Notes under the pieces: generated by a model | The model's input: only the letters and a program-made list of their open reading frames with translations | Databases searched by the model: none | Told to the model about the DNA's origin: nothing | Assembly: GCF_003334815.1 (NCBI RefSeq) | Contig: NZ_QOWO01000015.1 | DNA from: Escherichia coli | GTDB taxonomy: Bacteria > Pseudomonadota > Gammaproteobacteria > Enterobacterales > Enterobacteriaceae | DNA: 64,000 nucleotides | Reading direction: 5' to 3' (one strand) | Translations under genes and position numbers: made by a program | Shown here: piece by piece, positions 1 to 12,608 of the stretch | Position numbering within the stretch: the stretch's first letter is position 1 | Layout of the letters: each line of letters starts with the position of its first letter

Positions 1-305
1 TGCAGATCACCACCTGTATGCATCGCCGTGCCGGAAGTCAGCGTGAAACCGTGCAGGCCGTGACTGACGGTGCGCTCATCGACATTACGGATATGCGCGA
101 ATGGCGTGAGGAGCGCGGGCAGGGCGTAGTGCATAAACCGATTCCTGGTTGGCAGAGTACGCTTGAGCAACGTGGGTTTGTCGGCTGTGCGCGGCACTTC
201 ATTGAATGTGTGCAAAACCAGACAGTTCCGCAAACCGCCGGCGAACAGGCCGTGCTGGCGCAACGTATCGTTGACAAGATCTGGCGCGATGCGATGAGTG
301 AATAA
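1..305 (+). CDS. yceM: 3' fragment of putative oxidoreductase YceM/MviM (gene begins upstream of window)
   Basis: Open frame running in from the window edge to TAA at 303-305; position immediately upstream of murJ matches E. coli gene order. Confidence 0.65.
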   Translation, partial: QITTCMHRRAGSQRETVQAVTDGALIDITDMREWREERGQGVVHKPIPGWQSTLEQRGFVGCARHFIECVQNQTVPQTAGEQAVLAQRIVDKIWRDAMSE

Positions 306-327
306 ACCCTGTAACATCTGGCGGTAG

Positions 328-1950
<1,623 letters not shown>

Positions 1951-1989
1951 CAATGCATTCCGGCCTGCAGTGCAGGCCGGAGATAATCT

Positions 1990-2406
1990 TCAGATCGAAA
2001 TCTTTTTACCGCCGCGATGGGTTGTTGAGGTCTGACCGTTCGCCCCATATAGCGTCGGTTCCTGATGCGGTTTCAACATTTCCAGCGCCTGTTGATTGCG
2101 CTCAATCTGTCCTTCCAGTAACCAGCCGTTATGTTGATTCATTTGGCGTAGTTGCTGCGTTTTCACAGTAATTTCCTGCCAGCGTTGACTAATATCAACG
2201 CTATTTGCTGTATTGGGTTCTTTCCTGCGTAACTGTTCGAGGTAATCCAGCGTCGCCAGCAGTGAGCTTTTTTGTTCTGTAATCCATTGCAACTGGCTGC
2301 CGTTGATCTGCCCCATAGAGAGATGTTGCTGCTCTTGATCCATTACCGTTTTGAGATCGTTAAGCACAGCGGACATCTGGTCGAGGATCTCTGCAAGACG
2401 TGTCAT
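1990..2406 (-). CDS. flgN: Flagellar export chaperone FlgN, 138 aa
   Basis: 138-aa ORF ending ...TSTTHRGGKKISI, directly downstream of flgM on the same strand. Confidence 0.9.
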   Translation of the reverse strand: MTRLAEILDQMSAVLNDLKTVMDQEQQHLSMGQINGSQLQWITEQKSSLLATLDYLEQLRRKEPNTANSVDISQRWQEITVKTQQLRQMNQHNGWLLEGQIERNQQALEMLKPHQEPTLYGANGQTSTTHRGGKKISI

Positions 2407-2410
2407 ACGA

Positions 2411-2704
2411 TCAGTTACTCTGCAAGTCTTGCTGCGCTTCGTTGATCAGCGCATCGGCAATTTTGCCGGTGTCCATTTTTAGTTCACCGTTACGAATCGC
2501 CAGTTTTAACGCTTCGACACGTTCAAGATTGATATCACTGCTGCCGGGTTGCATCAGTTTTGCTTGCGCGTCGCTTAACGTCACACTGGTGCTGGTGGAG
2601 GCGGTTGTTTTTGCCGCCCGGCTGTTCGTTACCGGCGCGTCAGTGGTTTCGCGCGGTTGAACGGTGCTTACAGGCTTCAGAGGCGAAGTGCGATCAATAC
2701 TCAT
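2411..2704 (-). CDS. flgM: Anti-sigma-28 factor FlgM, 97 aa
   Basis: 97-aa [19 protein letters not shown]...; size, sequence and position between flgN and flgA. Confidence 0.92.
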   Translation of the reverse strand: MSIDRTSPLKPVSTVQPRETTDAPVTNSRAAKTTASTSTSVTLSDAQAKLMQPGSSDINLERVEALKLAIRNGELKMDTGKIADALINEAQQDLQSN

Positions 2705-2747
2705 GGTTTATTCCTCATTGAGGGCGCTTTTATCATGTGTTGCTTAT

Positions 2748-2774
2748 TTATCGGCAAGGGACGGGTAATCTTTA
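2748..2774 (-). promoter_or_regulatory. Sigma-28 (FliA) class 3 promoter for flgMN: TAAAGATT-N11-GCCGATAA
   Basis: Minus-strand reading of 2767-2774 gives TAAAGATT and of 2748-2755 gives GCCGATAA with an 11-nt spacer, about 45 nt upstream of the flgM start codon. Confidence 0.7.
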
Positions 2775-2779
2775 ACAGC

Positions 2780-3439
2780 TTACAGGTTTATAAGAATATT
2801 CCCATCTGCATCAACAACGCCGCTGACTACCTGTCCCGATACCATGCGCACCCGCGCATTCTGTGCGACGGCTGCATTGTTCAGCGCCTGACCTTCTGCG
2901 TTGGCGCTAAACCCATCACCGCTGGCGATCACATTGACGCGTTGTCCCGCTTTTACCCGCCATGCCTGGCGAAACTGGGTTAACTGGATAGGTTGATCGG
3001 GTGATAGATCGCGCAGGCTAATGGCATCAACAAGTTGATTGATATCCAGCACCGTACGCGGTGGCAGGGTATCCAGCCGTCCGCGTTTCAGTTTGACATT
3101 GCCAGCTTCCAGCTTTCCTCCCCGCGCAATGGGCATCGCGGCAACCACATAATTTCCTGTGGCCTGTACATTAACCTGTAAATATCGTTTGTCGTTACCG
3201 CAGCGTGCCAACACATTCACATTGCCCCACAGGCGGGAATTATTGCTCATCGAAAGCAATGGCTGCTCGCATGGCGGTAGTAGATTGGGCGCTGTACGAA
3301 TAGAAACACGAACCTCATCACTTACCCCCGCGAGTTGGGCGCTAAAAAAGTTGTGCAATTGCGATGTGAGATTGCTCGCCGTACTTAACGGACTGAACAG
3401 TATCGCGATGATCGCCACGCTACGTTTTATTATCAGCAT
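2780..3439 (-). CDS. flgA: Flagellar P-ring assembly chaperone FlgA, 219 aa
   Basis: 219-aa ORF with N-terminal signal peptide MLIIKRSVAIIAILFSPLSTA; divergent from flgB. Confidence 0.9.
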   Translation of the reverse strand: MLIIKRSVAIIAILFSPLSTASNLTSQLHNFFSAQLAGVSDEVRVSIRTAPNLLPPCEQPLLSMSNNSRLWGNVNVLARCGNDKRYLQVNVQATGNYVVAAMPIARGGKLEAGNVKLKRGRLDTLPPRTVLDINQLVDAISLRDLSPDQPIQLTQFRQAWRVKAGQRVNVIASGDGFSANAEGQALNNAAVAQNARVRMVSGQVVSGVVDADGNILINL

Positions 3440-3593
3440 TTTCGCCCCCAGCCATTTCTACAACGTGAATTGTACCTGTCCGCAATGACCATCAACGGCA
3501 TAAATAGCGACCCATTTTGCGTTTATTCCGCCGATAACGCGCGCGTAAAGGCATTTAAGCTGATGGCAGAATTTTGATACCTGCGGAGGAGAT
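3440..3593. promoter_or_regulatory. Divergent flgA / flgB promoter region (FlhDC-dependent class 2); contains GCCGATAA at 3530-3537 on the plus strand
   Basis: 154-bp intergenic region between divergent flagellar operons; FliA-type -10 octamer about 57 nt upstream of flgB ATG but no good TAAA -35 at the canonical spacing. Confidence 0.5.
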
Positions 3594-4010
3594 ATGCTCG
3601 ATAAGCTCGACGCCGCCTTACGTTTTCAACAAGAGGCGCTCAATCTGCGCGCCCAGCGTCAGGAAGTGCTGGCAGCAAACATCGCCAATGCCGATACCCC
3701 TGGTTATCAGGCGCGCGATATCGATTTTGCCAGTGAACTTAAAAAAGTCATGCAACGTGGACGGGATGCAACCAGTGTGGTTGCACTGACGATGACCTCA
3801 ACGCAACACATTCCGGCGCAGGCGCTGACGCCTCCTACCGCAGAACTGCAATACCGTATTCCGGACCAGCCTTCGCTTGACGGTAATACCGTCGATATGG
3901 ATCGCGAACGCACCCAGTTTGCCGATAACAGCCTGCAATACCAGATGAGCCTTAGCGCGTTGAGCGGGCAAATCAAAGGCATGATGAACGTTTTACAGAG
4001 TGGAAATTAA
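3594..4010 (+). CDS. flgB: Flagellar basal-body rod protein FlgB, 138 aa
   Basis: 138-aa [45 protein letters not shown]; rod-protein N-terminal motif. Confidence 0.95.
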
Positions 4011-4013
4011 CGG

Positions 4014-4418
4014 ATGGCACTGCTGAATATTTTTGATATCGCCGGGTCGGCGTTAACTGCCCAGTCCCAGCGCCTGAACGTGGCGGCCAGTAATCTGGCG
4101 AATGCTGATAGCGTGACCGGTCCCGATGGACAGCCATATCGGGCAAAACAGGTGGTATTCCAGGTTAACGCTGCACCAGGTGCTGCGACAGGCGGCGTAA
4201 AGGTTGCCGATGTTATAGAAAGTCAGGCCCCGGACAAACTGGTTTATGAACCGGGTAATCCGCTGGCAGATGCAAAGGGCTACGTAAAAATGCCGAACGT
4301 TGATGTTGTCGGAGAGATGGTTAACACCATGTCGGCGTCACGCAGCTATCAGGCCAATGTTGAAGTGCTCAACACGGTGAAAAGCATGATGCTGAAAACC
4401 CTTACGCTCGGTCAATAA
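4014..4418 (+). CDS. flgC: Flagellar basal-body rod protein FlgC, 134 aa
   Basis: 134-aa [36 protein letters not shown]; operon position. Confidence 0.95.
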
Positions 4419-4429
4419 AGGAGAAAGCT

Positions 4430-5125
4430 ATGTCCATTGCGGTAACCACCACCGATCCGACAAATACCGGCGTCAGTACCACCAGCAGTAGTTCGCTCAC
4501 GGGCAGCAACGCCGCAGATTTACAAAGCAGTTTTCTGACTTTGCTGGTGGCGCAGCTGAAAAACCAGGACCCGACCAATCCAATGGAAAACAACGAGCTG
4601 ACGTCGCAATTGGCACAAATCAGCACGGTCAGCGGGATTGAAAAACTCAATACCACGCTCGGATCTATTTCCGGACAGATTGATAACAGCCAGTCGTTAC
4701 AGGCCAGTAACCTGATCGGTCACGGCGTGATGATCCCCGGCACCACTGTTCTTGCGGGAACCGGCAGTGAAGAAGGGGCTGTGACCACGACCACGCCGTT
4801 TGGTGTTGAGCTGCAACAGGCGGCAGACAAAGTTACGGCCACCATCACCGATAAAAATGGCGCGGTTGTGCGCACCATTGATATTGGTGAACTGACCGCC
4901 GGAGTTCACAGTTTCACCTGGGACGGTACGTTGACTGATGGCAGCACTGCGCCGAACGGTTCTTACAATGTAGCGATTAGCGCCAGTAACGGTGGTACAC
5001 AACTGGTTGCCCAGCCGCTGCAGTTTGCTCTGGTGCAGGGTGTGATCCGCGGCAACAGCGGTAATACGCTGGATCTCGGCACTTACGGCACCACCACCCT
5101 CGACGAAGTACGGCAGATAATTTAA
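4430..5125 (+). CDS. flgD: Flagellar hook capping/assembly protein FlgD, 231 aa
   Basis: 231-aa Thr/Ser-rich ORF with NQDPTNPMENNELTSQLAQISTVSGIEKL motif. Confidence 0.95.
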   Translation: MSIAVTTTDPTNTGVSTTSSSSLTGSNAADLQSSFLTLLVAQLKNQDPTNPMENNELTSQLAQISTVSGIEKLNTTLGSISGQIDNSQSLQASNLIGHGVMIPGTTVLAGTGSEEGAVTTTTPFGVELQQAADKVTATITDKNGAVVRTIDIGELTAGVHSFTWDGTLTDGSTAPNGSYNVAISASNGGTQLVAQPLQFALVQGVIRGNSGNTLDLGTYGTTTLDEVRQII

Positions 5126-5149
5126 GCCTTCACATTTCAGGAGTCAGTC

Positions 5150-6358
5150 ATGGCCTTTTCTCAAGCGGTTAGCGGATTAAACGCTGCCGCCACCAACCTC
5201 GATGTTATTGGCAACAATATCGCCAACTCCGCCACCTACGGCTTTAAATCAGGCACGGCCTCTTTTGCCGATATGTTTGCCGGTTCGAAAGTGGGACTGG
5301 GGGTAAAAGTTGCCGGTATCACTCAGGACTTTACCGATGGCACGACCACCAACACCGGGCGAGGTCTGGACGTTGCTATCAGCCAGAACGGTTTTTTCCG
5401 TCTGGTAGACAGCAACGGTTCGGTGTTCTACAGCCGTAACGGACAATTTAAGCTGGATGAAAACCGTAACCTGGTGAATATGCAAGGTTTACAGCTGACG
5501 GGTTACCCGGCAACCGGTACGCCGCCGACTATTCAGCAAGGGGCGAATCCGACCAATATTTCGATCCCGAATACCCTGATGGCAGCGAAAACTACCACCA
5601 CGGCATCGATGCAGATCAACCTGAATTCCAGTGATCCGCTTCCTACTGTTACGCCATTCAGCGCCAGCAATGCGGATAGCTATAACAAAAAAGGTTCGGT
5701 GACTGTTTTCGACAGTCAGGGTAATGCTCATGACATGAGCGTCTACTTTGTGAAGACCGGGGATAATAACTGGCAGGTCTACACCCAGGATAGCAGTGAT
5801 CCAAACAGCATTGCGAAGACAGCGACAACACTGGAATTTAATGCTAATGGCACATTAGTGGATGGTGCGATGGCGAATAATATCGCAACCGGCGCAATTA
5901 ACGGTGCAGAACCCGCCACGTTTAGTCTGAGCTTCCTCAACTCCATGCAGCAAAATACCGGCGCTAACAATATTGTGGCAACCACCCAGAACGGCTACAA
6001 ACCGGGCGATCTGGTGAGTTATCAAATCAATGATGACGGTACGGTTGTCGGCAACTATTCCAACGAACAAACCCAACTGCTGGGGCAGATTGTACTGGCG
6101 AACTTTGCCAACAACGAAGGTCTGGCATCCGAAGGCGACAACGTCTGGTCTGCGACGCAATCTTCTGGCGTGGCGCTGTTGGGGACAGCCGGGACGGGAA
6201 ACTTTGGCACCCTGACCAACGGTGCGCTGGAAGCGTCCAACGTCGATCTCAGTAAAGAACTGGTCAATATGATCGTTGCCCAGCGTAACTATCAGTCTAA
6301 CGCCCAGACCATCAAAACCCAGGACCAGATCCTCAACACGCTGGTTAACTTACGCTAA
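5150..6358 (+). CDS. flgE: Flagellar hook protein FlgE, 402 aa
   Basis: 402-aa ORF with conserved rod/hook N-terminus (ANNIANSATYGFK) and C-terminus (VNMIVAQRNYQSNAQTIKTQDQILNTLVNLR). Confidence 0.95.
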   Translation: MAFSQAVSGLNAAATNLDVIGNNIANSATYGFKSGTASFADMFAGSKVGLGVKVAGITQDFTDGTTTNTGRGLDVAISQNGFFRLVDSNGSVFYSRNGQFKLDENRNLVNMQGLQLTGYPATGTPPTIQQGANPTNISIPNTLMAAKTTTTASMQINLNSSDPLPTVTPFSASNADSYNKKGSVTVFDSQGNAHDMSVYFVKTGDNNWQVYTQDSSDPNSIAKTATTLEFNANGTLVDGAMANNIATGAINGAEPATFSLSFLNSMQQNTGANNIVATTQNGYKPGDLVSYQINDDGTVVGNYSNEQTQLLGQIVLANFANNEGLASEGDNVWSATQSSGVALLGTAGTGNFGTLTNGALEASNVDLSKELVNMIVAQRNYQSNAQTIKTQDQILNTLVNLR

Positions 6359-6377
6359 TCGCTGACGGGATAGCTCA

Positions 6378-7133
6378 ATGGATCACGCAATTTATACCGC
6401 GATGGGAGCAGCCAGCCAGACACTGAATCAACAGGCGGTAACCGCCAGTAATCTGGCCAATGCCTCAACGCCCGGTTTTCGCGCGCAGTTGAATGCTTTA
6501 CGCGCGGTGCCAGTGGAAGGGCTTTCTCTGCCCACGCGCACGTTGGTCACGGCGTCAACGCCGGGCGCAGATATGACGCCCGGCAAAATGGATTACACCT
6601 CGCGCCCGCTGGACGTCGCGTTGCAGCAGGATGGCTGGCTGGCCGTGCAGACCGCTGACGGCAGCGAAGGGTATACGCGTAATGGCAGCATTCAGGTTGA
6701 TCCCACCGGGCAACTGACAATTCAGGGGCATCCGGTGATAGGCGAGGCTGGGCCAATTGCTGTGCCGGAAGGGGCGGAAATCACTATTGCTGCCGATGGC
6801 ACAATCTCGGCGCTCAATCCGGGCGATCCGGCAAATACGGTTGCGCCAGTAGGGCGTCTTAAACTGGTGAAAGCCACGGGCAGCGAAGTGCAGCGCGGTG
6901 ACGACGGCATTTTTCGTTTAAGCGCAGAAACCCAGGCCACGCGTGGGCCGGTACTGCAGGCAGATCCAACCTTGCGTGTGATGTCGGGGGTTCTGGAAGG
7001 CAGTAACGTCAATGCCGTTGCGGCAATGAGCGACATGATTGCCAGCGCGCGGCGTTTTGAAATGCAGATGAAGGTGATCAGCAGCGTCGATGATAACGCA
7101 GGCCGTGCCAACCAACTGCTGTCGATGAGTTAA
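6378..7133 (+). CDS. flgF: Flagellar proximal rod protein FlgF, 251 aa
   Basis: 251-aa ORF MDHAIYTAMGAASQTLNQQAVTASNLANASTPGFRAQ. Confidence 0.95.
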   Translation: MDHAIYTAMGAASQTLNQQAVTASNLANASTPGFRAQLNALRAVPVEGLSLPTRTLVTASTPGADMTPGKMDYTSRPLDVALQQDGWLAVQTADGSEGYTRNGSIQVDPTGQLTIQGHPVIGEAGPIAVPEGAEITIAADGTISALNPGDPANTVAPVGRLKLVKATGSEVQRGDDGIFRLSAETQATRGPVLQADPTLRVMSGVLEGSNVNAVAAMSDMIASARRFEMQMKVISSVDDNAGRANQLLSMS

Positions 7134-7159
7134 TTGAAAGGATACATGACAAGTATAAG

Positions 7160-7262
<103 letters not shown>

Positions 7263-7286
7263 AAGACATATGCACTTTGTCACTAA

Positions 7287-8087
<801 letters not shown>

Positions 8088-8139
8088 GGCTTAACCGGTG
8101 GCAGGTTCACCGGTTTACTGATTTTTGAAGATGATAGCC

Positions 8140-8838
8140 ATGCAAAAAAACGCTGCGCATACTTATGCCATTTCCAGCTTGTTGGTGCTTTCACTAACCG
8201 GCTGCGCCTGGATACCCTCCACGCCGCTGGTGCAGGGGGCGACCAGTGCACAACCGGTTCCCGGTCCGACGCCCGTCGCCAACGGTTCTATTTTCCAGTC
8301 TGCTCAGCCGATTAACTATGGCTATCAACCGCTGTTTGAAGATCGTCGACCACGCAATATTGGCGATACGCTGACCATCGTGTTGCAGGAGAACGTCAGC
8401 GCCAGCAAAAGCTCCTCTGCGAATGCCAGCCGTGACGGTAAAACTAATTTTGGCTTTGATACTGTGCCGCGCTATTTGCAGGGGCTGTTTGGTAACGCTC
8501 GTGCCGATGTCGAAGCCTCCGGTGGTAACACGTTCAACGGAAAGGGCGGGGCCAATGCCAGCAATACCTTTAGCGGCACGTTGACGGTGACGGTTGACCA
8601 GGTACTGGTCAACGGCAACCTGCATGTGGTGGGTGAAAAACAGATTGCCATTAATCAGGGTACCGAATTTATTCGCTTCTCTGGCGTGGTTAATCCACGC
8701 ACTATCAGCGGCAGCAATACCGTACCGTCTACTCAGGTGGCGGATGCGCGCATTGAATACGTAGGCAATGGCTACATTAACGAAGCGCAAAATATGGGCT
8801 GGTTGCAGCGTTTCTTCCTTAACCTGTCGCCAATGTAA
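8140..8838 (+). CDS. flgH: Flagellar L-ring lipoprotein FlgH, 232 aa
   Basis: ORF-track frame 8125..8838; ATG at 8140 gives [22 protein letters not shown] with a lipobox; length 232 aa. Confidence 0.92.
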   Translation: MQKNAAHTYAISSLLVLSLTGCAWIPSTPLVQGATSAQPVPGPTPVANGSIFQSAQPINYGYQPLFEDRRPRNIGDTLTIVLQENVSASKSSSANASRDGKTNFGFDTVPRYLQGLFGNARADVEASGGNTFNGKGGANASNTFSGTLTVTVDQVLVNGNLHVVGEKQIAINQGTEFIRFSGVVNPRTISGSNTVPSTQVADARIEYVGNGYINEAQNMGWLQRFFLNLSPM

Positions 8839-8849
8839 GTGAGGCTGTG

Positions 8850-9947
8850 GTGATTAAATTTCTCTCTGCATTAATTCTTCTACTGGTCACGACGGCGGCT
8901 CAGGCTGAGCGTATTCGCGATCTCACCAGTGTTCAGGGGGTAAGGCAAAACTCACTGATTGGCTATGGTCTGGTGGTGGGGCTGGATGGCACCGGTGACC
9001 AGACAACCCAGACGCCGTTTACCACACAAACGCTTAATAACATGCTCTCACAGCTGGGAATTACCGTTCCGACGGGCACCAATATGCAGCTAAAAAACGT
9101 CGCTGCGGTAATGGTGACAGCGTCACTTCCTCCGTTTGGACGTCAGGGGAAAACCATCGATGTGGTGGTTTCTTCCATGGGAAATGCCAAAAGCTTGCGT
9201 GGAGGTACGTTGTTGATGACACCGCTTAAGGGCGTTGACAGTCAGGTGTATGCGCTGGCGCAGGGCAATATTCTGGTTGGCGGCGCAGGAGCCTCCGCTG
9301 GCGGTAGCAGTGTTCAGGTTAACCAACTGAACGGTGGACGGATCACCAATGGTGCGGTTATTGAACGTGAATTGCCCAGCCAGTTTGGCGTCGGGAATAC
9401 CCTTAATTTGCAACTTAACGACGAAGATTTCAGCATGGCGCAGCAAATCGCTGACACCATCAACCGCGTGCGTGGATATGGCAGCGCCACCGCGTTAGAT
9501 GCGCGGACTATTCAGGTGCGCGTACCGAGTGGCAACAGTTCCCAGGTCCGCTTCCTTGCCGATATTCAGAATATGCAGGTTAATGTCACCCCGCAGGACG
9601 CTAAAGTAGTGATTAACTCGCGCACCGGTTCGGTGGTGATGAATCGCGAAGTGACCCTCGACAGCTGCGCGGTAGCGCAGGGGAATCTCTCAGTAACAGT
9701 TAATCGTCAGGCCAATGTCAGCCAGCCAGATACACCGTTTGGTGGTGGACAGACTGTGGTTACTCCACAAACGCAGATCGATTTACGCCAGAGCGGCGGT
9801 TCGCTGCAAAGCGTACGTTCCAGCGCCAGCCTCAATAACGTGGTGCGCGCGCTCAATGCGCTGGGCGCTACGCCGATGGATCTGATGTCCATACTGCAAT
9901 CAATGCAAAGTGCGGGATGTCTGCGGGCAAAACTGGAAATCATCTGA
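8850..9947 (+). CDS. flgI: Flagellar P-ring protein FlgI, 365 aa (GTG start)
   Basis: ORF-track frame 8847..9947; GTG at 8850 yields [25 protein letters not shown] with a signal peptide. Confidence 0.92.
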   Translation: MIKFLSALILLLVTTAAQAERIRDLTSVQGVRQNSLIGYGLVVGLDGTGDQTTQTPFTTQTLNNMLSQLGITVPTGTNMQLKNVAAVMVTASLPPFGRQGKTIDVVVSSMGNAKSLRGGTLLMTPLKGVDSQVYALAQGNILVGGAGASAGGSSVQVNQLNGGRITNGAVIERELPSQFGVGNTLNLQLNDEDFSMAQQIADTINRVRGYGSATALDARTIQVRVPSGNSSQVRFLADIQNMQVNVTPQDAKVVINSRTGSVVMNREVTLDSCAVAQGNLSVTVNRQANVSQPDTPFGGGQTVVTPQTQIDLRQSGGSLQSVRSSASLNNVVRALNALGATPMDLMSILQSMQSAGCLRAKLEII

Positions 9948-10888
9948 TGATCAGCGACAGCAAACTACTGGCAAGTGCGGCCTGGGATGCGCAATCACTC
10001 AACGAACTAAAGGCGAAAGCGGGCGAAGATCCGGCGGCAAATATCCGTCCGGTGGCCCGTCAGGTGGAAGGGATGTTCGTGCAGATGATGTTGAAAAGCA
10101 TGCGCGACGCTTTACCAAAAGATGGCCTGTTCAGCAGCGAGCACACTCGCCTGTATACCAGTATGTATGACCAGCAGATTGCCCAACAGATGACGGCGGG
10201 CAAAGGTCTGGGGCTTGCAGAGATGATGGTTAAACAGATGACGCCAGAACAACCATTGCCAGAGGAGTCCACGCCAGCAGCACCGATGAAATTCCCGCTC
10301 GAAACTGTGGTGCGTTATCAAAATCAGGCGCTTTCGCAGCTGGTGCAAAAGGCCGTGCCACGTAACTACGATGATTCGCTGCCGGGTGACAGTAAAGCAT
10401 TCCTCGCGCAACTCTCGCTGCCCGCCCAACTGGCAAGCCAGCAAAGCGGTGTGCCACATCATTTGATCCTCGCTCAGGCGGCACTGGAATCTGGTTGGGG
10501 GCAACGGCAAATCCGCCGCGAAAACGGCGAGCCGAGCTATAACCTGTTTGGTGTCAAAGCCTCTGGCAACTGGAAAGGGCCAGTTACTGAAATCACCACG
10601 ACTGAATATGAAAACGGCGAAGCGAAGAAAGTAAAAGCGAAGTTTCGCGTCTACAGCTCGTATCTGGAAGCCTTGTCGGATTACGTTGGGCTGTTAACGC
10701 GTAACCCGCGCTACGCCGCCGTGACGACCGCCGCGAGTGCGGAACAGGGGGCGCAGGCCCTACAGGACGCGGGCTATGCCACCGATCCTCACTATGCCCG
10801 CAAACTCACCAACATGATTCAGCAGATGAAATCGATAAGCGACAAGGTGAGCAAAACCTACAGTATGAACATTGATAATCTGTTCTGA
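9947..10888 (+). CDS. flgJ: Flagellar rod-cap / peptidoglycan hydrolase FlgJ, 313 aa
   Basis: ATG at 9947 ([14 protein letters not shown]) overlaps the flgI TGA by 1 nt; C-terminal glucosaminidase-like half. Confidence 0.92.
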   Translation: MISDSKLLASAAWDAQSLNELKAKAGEDPAANIRPVARQVEGMFVQMMLKSMRDALPKDGLFSSEHTRLYTSMYDQQIAQQMTAGKGLGLAEMMVKQMTPEQPLPEESTPAAPMKFPLETVVRYQNQALSQLVQKAVPRNYDDSLPGDSKAFLAQLSLPAQLASQQSGVPHHLILAQAALESGWGQRQIRRENGEPSYNLFGVKASGNWKGPVTEITTTEYENGEAKKVKAKFRVYSSYLEALSDYVGLLTRNPRYAAVTTAASAEQGAQALQDAGYATDPHYARKLTNMIQQMKSISDKVSKTYSMNIDNLF

Positions 10889-10893
10889 ATAAC

Positions 10894-10920
10894 TCAAGTC
10901 CGGCGGGTCGCTGCCGATAA
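10894..10920 (+). promoter_or_regulatory. Sigma-28 class 3 promoter for flgKL: TCAAGTCC-N11-GCCGATAA
   Basis: Perfect GCCGATAA -10 at 10913-10920 with a 5/8 match to TAAAGTTT at 10894-10901, 34 nt upstream of the flgK ATG. Confidence 0.65.
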
Positions 10921-10953
10921 TACTCTGTAATTGAAGGCTTATAAGGAACCTCC

Positions 10954-12597
10954 ATGTCCAGCTTGATTAATAACGCCATGAGCGGACTGAACGCGGCCCA
11001 GGCGGCGTTAAATACGGCAAGTAATAATATCTCCAGCTATAACGTTGCCGGATATACCCGCCAAACCACTATTATGGCGCAGGCCAATAGCACGTTGGGC
11101 GCTGGCGGCTGGGTTGGCAATGGTGTCTACGTTTCTGGTGTGCAGCGTGAGTATGATGCGTTTATTACCAACCAGTTACGTGCGGCGCAGACGCAAAGTA
11201 GCGGTCTGACTGCCCGCTATGAGCAGATGTCGAAAATCGACAATATGCTCTCCACCAGTACCTCTTCGCTGGCAACACAGATGCAGGATTTCTTCACCAG
11301 CCTGCAAACGCTGGTGAGTAACGCGGAAGACCCGGCAGCGCGCCAGGCGCTGATTGGGAAATCAGAAGGATTGGTGAATCAGTTTAAAACCACCGATCAA
11401 TATCTGCGCGACCAGGACAAACAGGTCAATATCGCGATAGGTGCCAGCGTTGATCAGATCAACAACTACGCTAAACAAATTGCCAGCCTGAACGATCAAA
11501 TCTCGCGCCTGACAGGCGTGGGGGCAGGGGCGTCACCTAACAATCTGCTGGATCAACGCGATCAACTGGTGAGCGAATTAAACCAGATTGTTGGTGTAGA
11601 AGTCAGCGTTCAGGATGGCGGCACTTATAACATCACGATGGCCAATGGTTACTCACTGGTTCAGGGAAGTACGGCGCGGCAACTGGCGGCAGTTCCTTCC
11701 AGCGCTGACCCTTCTCGTACGACTGTCGCTTATGTTGATGGGACGGCAGGCAATATTGAGATCCCGGAGAAATTACTGAATACCGGGTCGCTGGGCGGCA
11801 TTCTGACATTCCGTTCTCAGGATCTGGACCAGACGCGTAATACGCTTGGACAACTGGCGCTGGCATTTGCCGAGGCTTTCAACACCCAACACAAAGCCGG
11901 ATTTGATGCTAACGGCGATGCCGGTGAAGATTTCTTTGCTATCGGTAAGCCCGCGGTTCTGCAAAACACGAAAAACAAAGGTGACGTTGCGATCGGTGCC
12001 ACGGTAACTGATGCCTCCGCGGTACTGGCGACAGATTACAAAATCTCGTTCGATAATAATCAGTGGCAGGTCACCCGCCTTGCCAGCAATACCACTTTTA
12101 CGGTGACGCCGGATGCCAACGGTAAAGTGGCATTTGATGGTCTGGAGTTGACGTTTACAGGAACGCCTGCCGTTAACGACAGCTTCACGCTGAAACCAGT
12201 AAGTGACGCCATCGTCAACATGGATGTATTAATCACCGACGAAGCGAAAATAGCGATGGCGAGCGAAGAAGATGCGGGTGATAGCGATAACCGCAACGGT
12301 CAGGCCCTGCTGGATCTGCAAAGCAACAGTAAAACGGTGGGCGGTGCGAAATCCTTTAACGACGCTTATGCCTCGTTAGTGAGTGATATCGGTAATAAAA
12401 CCGCGACGTTGAAAACCAGTAGCGCCACGCAAGGTAATGTGGTGACGCAGCTTTCCAATCAGCAGCAGTCGATTTCCGGTGTCAATCTCGATGAGGAGTA
12501 CGGAAATCTGCAACGTTTTCAGCAGTATTACCTGGCGAATGCGCAGGTTCTGCAGACGGCAAACGCGATTTTTGATGCGCTGATTAACATTCGCTAA
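10954..12597 (+). CDS. flgK: Flagellar hook-associated protein 1 FlgK, 547 aa
   Basis: 547-aa ORF MSSLINNAMSGLNAAQAALNTASNNISSYNVAGYTRQ; terminal heptad regions. Confidence 0.95.
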   Translation: MSSLINNAMSGLNAAQAALNTASNNISSYNVAGYTRQTTIMAQANSTLGAGGWVGNGVYVSGVQREYDAFITNQLRAAQTQSSGLTARYEQMSKIDNMLSTSTSSLATQMQDFFTSLQTLVSNAEDPAARQALIGKSEGLVNQFKTTDQYLRDQDKQVNIAIGASVDQINNYAKQIASLNDQISRLTGVGAGASPNNLLDQRDQLVSELNQIVGVEVSVQDGGTYNITMANGYSLVQGSTARQLAAVPSSADPSRTTVAYVDGTAGNIEIPEKLLNTGSLGGILTFRSQDLDQTRNTLGQLALAFAEAFNTQHKAGFDANGDAGEDFFAIGKPAVLQNTKNKGDVAIGATVTDASAVLATDYKISFDNNQWQVTRLASNTTFTVTPDANGKVAFDGLELTFTGTPAVNDSFTLKPVSDAIVNMDVLITDEAKIAMASEEDAGDSDNRNGQALLDLQSNSKTVGGAKSFNDAYASLVSDIGNKTATLKTSSATQGNVVTQLSNQQQSISGVNLDEEYGNLQRFQQYYLANAQVLQTANAIFDALINIR

Positions 12598-12608
12598 GGG
12601 GAGATAAG

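Noticed and set aside
3501-3537. Sigma-28 promoter for flgB using TAAA at 3501-3504 as the -35
   Set aside because: The spacer to GCCGATAA (3530-3537) would be 25 nt rather than about 11; it does not fit the FliA promoter geometry.
8194-8790. 198-aa minus-strand ORF inside flgH
   Set aside because: Antisense to the L-ring gene; composition not protein-like; the sense-strand gene fully explains the region.
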